This document shows positions 48,925-58,200 of a stretch of DNA of 64,000 bases, in pieces. A program made the translations under genes and the position numbers. The stretch is taken from NCBI GenBank assembly GCA_013265495.1, contig MU058868.1:1684587-1748586 (forward strand), in the 5' to 3' direction. Below the pieces are notes generated by a model. It worked only from the letters and a program-made list of their open reading frames with translations. It had not been told where the DNA came from and did not search any database. This stretch comes from Vicugna vicugna. Lineage: Eukaryota. Within the stretch, counting starts at the first letter, position 1; every line of letters begins with the position of its first letter.

Positions 48925-51900
48925 CTGTGGGGAGACAGGCGATGATGGCCGCTGCGCCCAGCCTGATCACAAGTGCCCCAGGCCCCGACGTGGCAGGAGC
49001 GGACGCAGGAGGCTGAGGGGCGCTGGAAGGGTCTGCATGGCCTTCACCGGGGGCCAGCAGCCCCCGTGGCCTGGCCTGACCCCCCCCCCAGGGTGCACAG
49101 TGCTCCCCGAGTGCCGTCCGGTGGCCCTCACCTGAGGCGGCCACCATGGGCCCCAGTGCCCTGGCCAGGGCGCCCAGGCTCCGCAGCGTGCCCATGACTG
49201 TGCCCTTCTGCCCGGGTGAGCCTGCAGGAAGTGCGGGGAAGGCTGTCAGGTGCCCATCGGCCCGTCCCGCCCGGGTGGCCTGGGGCAAGGGAAGAGCCTC
49301 TCACCATAGCCGGCGACCACGGAGGACAGACAGGGCACCACGACAGCGGCGGCTGGTGGGGGGACATCAAGGAAGCGCCCATCAACCCAGAGGAGAGGCC
49401 GGCAGCCCATGACCTCACCCCTCCGGCCCCGGCAGGGCCACTCACCGAAGGAGTAGAGCAGCAGCCCCAGGCCTAGCACGGGCAGCGTGTGCCCCCAGCC
49501 GATGAGGAGGAAGGCAGGGAGGAGCAGCAGGATGGCCTGCAGGTGGCACAGCAGATCTCAGAACCAGCCCTGCTGCTTTGGCCAGTGCTCAGGACACCCT
49601 GCCCCCACGTCCAGGGGAGCCCCCGTACCCGCTTCACAGCTGCAACTTCCCTGCCAGGGCTGATCCGTCGGGCGTAGGCGCCCTGGATGGTGGCCATGGT
49701 GAGGCCGATGAAGAAAAACATCTTTCCCTGCTGTAGGCTGCGAGGGGGGAGCTGTCAGCGCCCCTGTTCTCATGCGCTGAGCCAAGCAGCCTGGGCGACA
49801 GCCTGCTGGTCACCCGCCAGCCCCAGGATCCTCGCTGGGCCCCGGGGGATGGGCCAAGGTGGGAGTCAGCCCTGAAGCGATCGGGCTGGGGGCCGCCAGG
49901 ATGGGGAGCCTGCAGGGCGTCACCAGGCGGGTCCCGGGAGGGGCCCCAGACTCCCACCTGCTGAACCGGAAGCGCTGGTGCACGAGGAAGCTCAGTGTGT
50001 ACTCCAGGCCCGAGAACAGGAAGAGGTAGAGGAAGTAGACCAGGCCCAGGCGGCGCAGGCTGCCCAGCCCTGGGGAGCAGCAGGGAGGGGCTGTCAGGGC
50101 CCCCGGGGCAGCCCTAGGGGGCCGCAGCCCCACCCTCTCGAGGGGGCCTGCTCCTTACTGACTCCAGTGGGCGGGTCTGGGCCACGAGCCACAGCGGAGA
50201 AGCGGAGCAGGGCCAGGGGGCTGAGCAGGTCAGCAGCAGCTTGGAACCCCAGAGTCATGGAGGGCGCCTGGAGAGGATAGAACTGAGGGCCCTGGCAGGA
50301 GCTGGCCGCGTCCCCAGGTTGGGCAGTGCAGGGATGGGCCTGACCTGAATCTCCCATCCACCTGCCATGCCTAGAGGGCAGAGGGTCTGGGGAGCCAGGC
50401 GCCCCAGGAGGCCCTGTGGTCCCAAGAGCCTCTGGACATCAGGAAAGGACAGCCCGGCCAGCCTGGCCCGTGGGGCTGGCACACACAGCCGGCACCCCTA
50501 CAGGCCCTGGAGCTGAGGCGAGCCTCTGCACCTTCAAGTCATGTCCTTCCGGCTCCCACCTTACCCGCTTCTCCAAGGGCAGAGTCTCCGGCAAGAAGCA
50601 GAAGATGAACAGCAGGTCAGAGATCGCGAAGAGCAGGGCCAACCAAGGTGCCGACTCCAAGGGCAGGGAGGCGCCGAGCATAGGGCCCAGCGTGAAGCCC
50701 AGAGAGAAGGCCACCCCGATGACTGCCTGGGGAGAAGGCTGCCTGAGCCAGGCAGGAAGACCCAGGCGCCCCTCCAGCCCTCGGCCCCCAGCGTGTGCAC
50801 TCACCATGCCCCGGCTACGGGCGGCAGGTGAGCCCAGGTCGGCGACAATGGCAGTAGAAAGGCTGACGTTCCCCTTGCTGATGCCCCCGATCACCCTGGA
50901 GGCCAGGAAGGCCGCAAAGCTCTTCGAGGCAGCCCACACGGCATACGAGGTGGCCAGGCCTGCCTGCCTCAGGGCAGGGGTCGAGGGCAGGTGCGGTCAC
51001 TTGAGGCCAGGAGGGGCCCACAGTGGGCCAGAGAGCCCAGGCAATACCCCTGGGACCCTGCCCTGTTCTGGGGCATGCAAGGACCCCTGTGTTCCCCGTG
51101 TCCCCGTGGCAGGAGCAGCTCTGATACAGCCTGGCTTAGCCACAGGAGCCACCGCCCCCTCAAACACCACCCCCAGGGGGAAGTGAGGGCCAACAAGGGA
51201 CCGTGAAGGGCCCACAGCTGCCCCCCCAGAGCACTGCGGGGCGGGGGGTGGGGTGGGAGGAGCCCCTACCCGTGGGCACCCGTACCAGAGATAGCAGCAT
51301 CACCGGGCGCCTTCCTAGGCAGTCAGAGACGGCCCCCGAGAGCGGTGCGGAGAGGAACTGCAGGACGGAGAAAACTGAGCCAATCAGACCTGGAAGAGAC
51401 AGAAGTCAGTCACCACAAGGGTCTGATCAGGCTGGGCCCCCCTGTATTCTCAGGCCATGGGCCTCCAGCTGAGGTGGCCCCAACAGTATGTGGACATCAC
51501 TTGGAAAGGTGGCAGACAGGCCTGGGAATGAGAAGATGTGGACCAGAGCCTGAGACTGACAGGCGCCCAGGGGCAGGAGGACGGCCAGGGCCAGGAAGAC
51601 AGTACCCTAGTGGGCCCACCATGTGGGCTCAGGGCCATACCTCCAAACAGGACGCTGTTGTATCTCTTCTCTGCGGGCATCCCGATGGCTGCAGCAAACC
51701 AGTCCACTCCTCGCTGCCATGAGCCATAGAGGGGATCCTGGGGGATGAGGAAGTGTGACGAGCTGGGGGGGGGGTCCCCGATAAGGCTTGGGGCAATCAT
51801 GGGGCAGTTATGGCACGGGGGCAAGGAGTGAAGGGGCATGGAGACTGGCGGAGGCTCACGTGGGACCGGCCATGGCTCTCCAGCAGCCCGGGCAGCAGGG

Positions 51901-52033
51901 GCAGCAGCAGAGTGAAGGCCAGGAGGTCCAGCAGAAGGCCGAGGAAGACTACGGTGACCACGCGGGTTTCGGATTCCGGCTGCTGGCGGATGGGTGGGCG
52001 CGGGGTGCAGCTGCCTCCGGCTCCCCAGCCCAT
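48809..52033 (-). CDS. MFSD10: Major facilitator superfamily domain-containing 10 (TETRAN), 12 coding exons, 1371 nt, 456 aa (span)
   Basis: MGWGAGGSCTPRPP...VVTVVFLGLLLDLLAFTLLLP...SDCLGRRPVML (MFS motif A)...LLWDPRPPAQTRKAE*; all introns GT-AG, phases close, no internal stop. Confidence 0.97.
49132..49221 (-). CDS. MFSD10: MFSD10 coding exon 11
   Basis: GSPGQKGTVMGTLRSLGALARALGPMVAAS, 90 nt. Confidence 0.93.
49305..49352 (-). CDS. MFSD10: MFSD10 coding exon 10
   Basis: AAAVVVPCLSSVVAGY, 48 nt. Confidence 0.92.
49446..49536 (-). CDS. MFSD10: MFSD10 coding exon 9
   Basis: AILLLLPAFLLIGWGHTLPVLGLGLLLYSF, 91 nt. Confidence 0.93.
49629..49737 (-). CDS. MFSD10: MFSD10 coding exon 8
   Basis: LQQGKMFFFIGLTMATIQGAYARRISPGREVAAVKR, 109 nt. 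Confidence 0.93.
49958..50069 (-). CDS. MFSD10: MFSD10 coding exon 7
   Basis: RLGSLRRLGLVYFLYLFLFSGLEYTLSFLVHQRFRFS, 112 nt. Confidence 0.93.
50159..50267 (-). CDS. MFSD10: MFSD10 coding exon 6
   Basis: APSMTLGFQAAADLLSPLALLRFSAVARGPDPPTGV, 109 nt, donor gtaagg. Confidence 0.92.
50565..50726 (-). CDS. MFSD10: MFSD10 coding exon 5
   Basis: AVIGVAFSLGFTLGPMLGASLP...FCFLPETLPLEKR, 162 nt. Confidence 0.94.
50805..50963 (-). CDS. MFSD10: MFSD10 coding exon 4
   Basis: AGLATSYAVWAASKSFAAFLASRVIGGISKGNVSLSTAIVADLGSPAARSRGM, 159 nt. Confidence 0.93.
50986..51155. repeat. Inverted repeat arm A (170 bp) in the intron between MFSD10 coding exons 3 and 4
   Basis: Reverse complement of 52216-52386; about 10 substitutions plus 1 indel by hand alignment. 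Confidence 0.95.
51286..51389 (-). CDS. MFSD10: MFSD10 coding exon 3
   Basis: GLIGSVFSVLQFLSAPLSGAVSDCLGRRPVMLLSL, 104 nt. Confidence 0.94.
51641..51737 (-). CDS. MFSD10: MFSD10 coding exon 2
   Basis: DPLYGSWQRGVDWFAAAIGMPAEKRYNSVLFG, 97 nt. Confidence 0.94.
51860..52033 (-). CDS. MFSD10: MFSD10 coding exon 1
   Basis: ATG in strong Kozak context (ATCATGG), 174 nt, donor gtgagc. Confidence 0.94.
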
Positions 52034-52215
52034 GATGGGGACCGCTCCGATCCCGCCTGGCTGAGCGTGTGGCGGGACTGCATGAGGGCACATTGCACGA
52101 GGGCACATCTGGGTGCCCCAGCGCCCACGCCCACCTACCATGGAGGGAAACAGTCTCCCACCTGCCGCCGTCTCCACCCTTCCCCCGACTGGCTTACAGC
52201 CAGCGCGCACCTAAA

Positions 52216-52386
52216 GCGGTGGCTCCTGTGGCTAAGCCAAGCTGTATCAGAGCTGCTCCTGCCAAGGGGACACTGGGAACATAAGGGGTCTTTGCATGCT
52301 CCAGAACAGGGCAGGGTCCCAGGGGTACTGCCTGGGCTTGCTGGCCCACTGTGGGCCCCTCCTGGCCTCAAATGACCGCACCTGCC
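52216..52386. repeat. Inverted repeat arm B (171 bp) upstream of the MFSD10 ATG exon
   Basis: Reverse complement of 50986-51155, sharp boundaries at both ends. Confidence 0.95.
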
Positions 52387-52399
52387 GGGGGAGCCGGTT

Positions 52400-53350
52400 A
52401 CCCAACACTGCGGTACTTCTGTGCGCCCTGCCCTCGGCTCTGGGCAGCAGATAACGCAGGCTGCGAAGGTTGTGCAAAGAAACCGCAGCTCCAGAGGCCA
52501 ACCGTCCAGGGGCCGGGGCGAAGCATCCCAGCCCCAGACACCTCCCCGCCGCCGCCCACGTCCCGGTGCGGAACGGCCTGGGAAACGGAGGCCCGCGCGC
52601 GGGGCGGGACCTGGGCGGGCGCAGGGACGGCCCCGCGCTCCGGAGAGCACGACCCCCGCCCACCCTGGACCGCACGCCCCGCCCCGACACCGCTCCGCAC
52701 CTGCGGTAGCCGCGCGCTCGGAACCAAAAGACAGAAAGACCGACAGACACAGGACGGACCTCCAAGCAGGATGGGCGCGCCGGCTCCGCCGCGCCCGGAA
52801 ACGAGCGGATCTGCCACGCCCAGTTGCGGGCGGGGCTTCAACATCCGGAAACGGGCACGACCCGACGCTTCCTCTTCCGGCCGCCGGGAGGGGCCCGAGC
52901 CGGACTCCGAGGCAGCTAGCTGCGTCCCGGCGGGGAGGGGTCCGAACGGAGGTTCCCGACAGGCCGGAGTCTCGTTTGTCCAGACTTTGCACCCGAGGGG
53001 GCGACGAGACCTGCCTGCTGAGGACCTCGGGCCGAGGGCTGTAGGGTGAGGTCCAGCCTGGCCGGACCCTCCACTCCCGCCGAGACGCACCACGGATTCG
53101 CGGGCTTGCCCGCACCTGCGTCTCGGCCGGACAGGCGGGTGAAGAGGAGCAGGTGCTCCCACCGGCCGCACTCGGGCCGGGGCCAGACCCCCGCACAGCT
53201 GGAGGAGCTCCGGGCTGCAGGACACCTGGCCTGCACCACCTCCCGCTCCTCTCCCGTCTCCCGAAACCCACGCCTCCAGCCGAGACGACCGGAGGCAAAC
53301 CGGGAAGGGCATCCCGGCAAGTGGAAGCGCCACGGTCCCCCCCCTTGTCG
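52400..53350. promoter_or_regulatory. CpG island, MFSD10 promoter (probably bidirectional)
   Basis: Very high CpG density; GC boxes (gggcgg) at ~52590-52620; ETS-type CCGGAA/CTTCC cores at ~52795, ~52845 and ~52867-52879; candidate minus-strand 5'UTR donor CAG|gtgcgg at 52701/52700. Confidence 0.8.
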
Positions 53351-54850
53351 ACTTGGCACTCGTACCCCCCTCTTTAAATTCCCAGATAAACATAATCGCA
53401 CTCACACTTCTAACATGCAGTTGTTCCACCTCTGACCCCAAAGAACACCTGTTAGCTCTTTCCCTAAAGAGGACACGTTCCTTCATCCAGGTTTGGGCGC
53501 CATTCAACTCTTCCCGCCGTTCACGCCCCCTTTAGACGCCGGAAACTGGCCTACTGGAGAGAAGCCTAAACACTTCTCACCTTAAATGGCAGGGGAGGGG
53601 CTGAGGGAAAGAAGAGCTGGATAACCTACATGCGTTTTCATATCGAAGTACTCAGGACAGCCCTCATTTCTACACCTAGCCAGGTGGTCACAGCTGGGTT
53701 TCATAACCACCTTCTTCCAGGACCCATTCTACACACACCTCCTGCAAGGAGTAGGAGGCTGGGCTGGATGGCCATCTACGTCCATACTAGAATCTCCAAG
53801 GGTTATGTCTGGAGAGGTCAGGGAGAGGCCCAGGGTGGGCAGAGGCAAGTATGCTCGGATGACACACGATCCAAAGCTGGGGCTTTGTGAGTTGGTGCTG
53901 GCACGCTCCTTTCTCACAGAGCTCAGTAGCAAGGCCTGGGCCCGAGAGCCCTGTGGCCTGGCGAATTAATGGAGCAACAGCTGCACGAGAGTTCATCCGT
54001 GGTCAAGCCTGTACAATGCTACCAGCAGGCCAGGGCTACACAGCGAGGAGCTGAAGCGGCCCGTCTGTGGAGCTGACCAGCGCCAGGGCTGCGGAGATTT
54101 GTGGGGCACACACCTGTCAAGAATCCTGGGGAGGCGGGTAGGATGCAAGTACCTGATCGAACGTGATCCCTTCATTGGTCCGTTTCAAACCCAAGGCAAC
54201 CTTGGCTGGAGCCCGGCCTGCCACCAGGGGGCGCTCTGGCCCTGTGTTCGCATTCTGAGCTCCAACACTGCTGGACCCTCCAAACTTGATTCCCCCCACC
54301 ACCCTGTTTGGGAGAGCCAGATTCCGGGCCTGGTCACCCTCTTGGTCACCTCCTCCTTGTCCAGTCTGGCTAGCCCTCAAATCTCCCCATGGTTGCGGCC
54401 ATGGCTTGTGACGTCAGCCACGTGACCCACAGTCACCTGGGGAATGAGGACCCAGTGTCTTGTCCTAGGAGACTGGGACGGGGCGTGGGGGCTGAGGGAC
54501 CCACCCTCCCCAGCCCCCTACTCAGGGACGTGGCCCTGTGCAAGGCCATGGCCCCAGGGCTGCACGGACGGGTGGGCAGCCAGCCTCCTTTGTCCTTGGG
54601 AAGCCTCCTGGTTAGAGCAGAGGAAAAGTTGGCACTTTGTTAACTTACAAGCTTAACCATAACCTCTGGGCCTTCCAGCTGAAAATTACTGTGGCCCAGA
54701 ACTGCCCCATGGGTCACTGTGGATGCCGCCCAGCCCCTCCGCCTTCCACAGCCACCACAGCATCAAATTAAGACAGAACTGGGACAAGGCCAATCATGGC
54801 AGCTAGGGTGCTGGGGTCATGGGCGAGTTCTAAACTGTCTGCAAACTCAT

Positions 54851-54874
54851 TTCATTTGTAAATGAAAATTTATG
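54851..54874 (-). terminator. Candidate non-canonical NOP14 polyA signals (CATAAA 54874-54869, AATGAA 54856-54851)
   Basis: No AATAAA or ATTAAA found on the minus strand 53400-55140; UGUA elements upstream and a GU-rich tract downstream. Confidence 0.45.
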
Positions 54875-55141
54875 TAAGTTAACACTCCAAATTCTACACA
54901 TGAAATTGTCCAGAGTCAACTGTGACTAACGGAGGTTTGTCTGGGCACGAAGAACAAAGGTCTTTACAGTGTATTCGCACACAGCTCTCACAGAGGCTGG
55001 GTCCTAATTCCCAAAGTGCAGCTCTTCAGGAGAGAGGTCTTAACAGGAACTGAAGCACAGGGAGAAACTCTCACTGCCCTTACAGCGTCCCTTACCACCT
55101 TCACTCCACGGAACCTCCTTGTCTAACTCATAAAACACGAC

Positions 55142-55241
55142 TTATTTTTTGAACTTCTTCCTTTTCAGAGCCTTCCATTCACCTTCTTGCGTAGCCAGGC
55201 TGTTAAAAAGCTGCTTCACTTTCCGCTTTCTTTCCGCATCC
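55142..55241 (-). CDS. NOP14: NOP14 last coding exon (TAA stop)
   Basis: DAERKRKVKQLFNSLATQEGEWKALKRKKFKK*. Confidence 0.95.
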
Positions 55242-58200
55242 CTTGGGAAAAAAAAGCCATTTTGGATTAGTTTTTGGAGGATGTCTTGCCTTTTTCGTGC
55301 CTGTGTCTGACCCAAGAGCGGTTCAGAAGCACGTGGAGCTGCAGTGACGGAAGCTGCCTGCCCCGCCCCAGCCCAGCCCCTGCGTCCAGGTCACGGAGGG
55401 GCCGGGCCCTCGCCCTGGCTCACAGCAGCCAGCCCAGCCCGGCGGCCCCTCACCGTTCCGTGATCTCCGAGAGCTGCATCCGAGCCAGGAACTGGTTGTC
55501 CCGGCGGATCTCCCGGACGGCCCCCCTGAACTCCCGCTTGTGCTTGTGGATGAGCCTCTTCCTCTCCTGCTCCTCCTTACTGCTCCCCTGCTTCCTCCCA
55601 AACTCCAGGCTGAAAGCGGAAAGCCTGCGTCAGGAGGCGGACATGGAGCCCAGGTCTGACCCAGAGCCGGCAGGGCCTCAGGTCAAGGCTGCCCAGGCCC
55701 ACGGCCCCGCTCCTGGGCCCCTCCCGGGACTGGGGAGCCCCGCTGTCCTCACACTCTGACCAGCCGGGGGGTGAACAGCTTCAGCGGCACCGGCTTGCTC
55801 TTCTCACAGACCAGCGGCCGGCAGAGCTGCGCCTGAGTTTCCATCTCCGTCAGTGCGCTCTGCCCCAGCTCCTGAAAGGCACACAAGCCCACGCTGACCG
55901 CCGGATGCTCCTCCCCGGGGCCGTGGCTGCCTGGGCTGCTGAACGGAGGAGCTGTGCTCACAGACAGCGGCTGTATGTCTGGCCGGATCGGCTCCCGTCT
56001 TCCTGCCTACAGGGGAGGGAACCTGCACGACTGGGAGGCCTGCACCCTCCTCACAGTGCCTGGCATGGCCGAAGTCCAACCCACGGAGGCACACACATTG
56101 GGGACCAAGCCCATTCATACACGTGGGAGCTTCCAGGCTTCCCTGAACACCACAGTGGGACCATCCTCAGAAAACCCGTGTGGCCTGAGAGGGATGCGGA
56201 GCCTGGAGCCGCTGTCCAGGCCCCAGAGGGCAGTGGGCGGGGGGAAGGGGCACCGAACTGCCGAACAGTGTTAACAACCTTCAAATAAAATTGCAGGTCC
56301 TAGCTCAGCTCAGCAGGACAGTGGCTTCTCGCTAGTTTTCCCACGACTCTAATGTTCCTTCCCACCGGTGTTCACGGTGTACACGTGCCGTCCTTGGTTT
56401 CAAGGGCTGGAATCTCAACGGCAGAAACGCACTCACCTGTCCCCCGCCCCCCCCGCCCCGTCACAGAAACGGCCGCGCTGGGCCAGGGCCTCACCTGCAG
56501 CTCCCGGGGGTGGCTGCCGTCGGCCAGGTGCTCCGTCAGGAGGGCTCTGAGGGGCCTCACGATGTCGTGGAAGGATGGCAGAGCGCCATACACGCGCACA
56601 CAGCGCTCCACCAGGGCCAGACACACGGCCAGGCAGGATAGTCTGCAGGGGCGAGAGGAAGGGCCACCTCGTCCTTTCCGCCACCAACAGAGCCAGTTGT
56701 CTTGGCAAGTGAAACCCTTCCACACGCCGCTCTGAAGCGCCCAGTGTGGGCCGCAGACACTGAGGTCAAGTATTGGCCGCGCGCAGCGTCGGCAGCAGCC
56801 AACGCCCGCAGTATTCGGAGCTAAAGAAAACACCGCGTTTCCCAGAGCAAGGATTGTAGAGCGGAAAGCAGGAACAACCTGGAAAGAGTGGCTCTGCTGT
56901 AGTTAGTCTTCTTTTAAAGAGGAGAAAATCGAAGTTTAATAACAGATGGGAGAGACCTAGGAGAACTGACTGACTTGCCACAATGGCCGAAGTCCTCATC
57001 TTAAATAAATCCCATTTCAGTTTTTAAATAATTAAAACCATCTGCAACACCAAGCAGGTGTATTTTGAAACTAACATACACCATTCTGGAGAAAAAAATG
57101 GCCATCAGGACTTGAACAGACATTACTCCGAAGAAGATTATGAATAAACACATGGAAAGATGCTCAACATCACTAAATGATCTGGGAAATGCAAATCAAA
57201 ACCAAAATCACACCCATGAGGATGGCTAACATCAAAAAAACAGAAAATACTAAGTGCTGACAAGGATGTGGAGAAACCAGAGCCCTTGTGCACTCCTAGT
57301 GGGAACGTAAAATGGTGCAGCCACGGAGGAAAACAGTATAGAGGTTCCTAAAAAAGAAGAGAGCTACTGTATGAGCCAGCAGTCCCACTTCCGGGTATGA
57401 ACACAACTGAAAGCAGGAACCAGAACAGACACTCGTACACCCACATCCACAGGAGCACTACCCAGAGTGACCAAAAAGTGGGNNNNNNNNNNNNNNNNNN
57501 NNNNNNNNNNNNNNNNNNNNNNNNNNNNNNNNNNNNNNNNNNNNNNNNNNNNNNNNNNNNNNNNNNNNNNNNNNNNNNNNNNNNNNNNNNNNNNNNNNNN
57601 NNNNNNNNNNNNNNNNNNNNNNNNNNNNNNNNNNNNNNNNNNNNNNNNNNNNTCCTGTATGATTCCACCCACGTGAGGTCCCGAGGAGTCAAGTCCACAT
57701 AGGCAGAAAGCAGACACTGCTTGCCGGGAGCTGGGGGAGGGTGGGGAATTGTGACAGAGTTTCCGTTTGGGAAGATGAGTGAGTTCTGGAGGTGGCTGGT
57801 GGTAATGGTTCCATAACAATGTGAATGCACTTAATGTCACCAAACCGTACATTTAAAATGGTTAAGATGGTAAGTTTTATATTATCTATATTTTAACACA
57901 ATAAAAAAATTTTCAAATAATTCATATTTTAAAAAATCAGAGAATGAAAGGACTTACAGGAAAAAGCCCCAGCCCTCTCCTCACCCTGCCACTTCTCCTA
58001 CAGACTGAAGCTGTGACCCCACAAAATTCCTGCGCTGGAACCTAAGCCCTAGCGTGATGGTCTGTGGAGGTGATCAGGCCTCCCAGCCCACGAACAGGGA
58101 TGTGTTTCCATCTACTTATGTCTTTGATCATTTCTTCCAGCAGTGTTTTGCAGTTTCGCTGTATAAGTCTTCTACCTCCCTGGTTCAGTTAATTCTTAAG

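Noticed and set aside
50416-51186. 256-aa plus-strand ORF antisense to MFSD10
   Set aside because: Shadow ORF from GC-rich codons on the opposite strand
52135-53507. Long ORFs of 387, 369, 232 and 207 aa over the CpG island
   Set aside because: Stop-codon scarcity in very GC-rich DNA; open in several frames on both strands; Arg/Gly/Pro-rich with no recognisable domain
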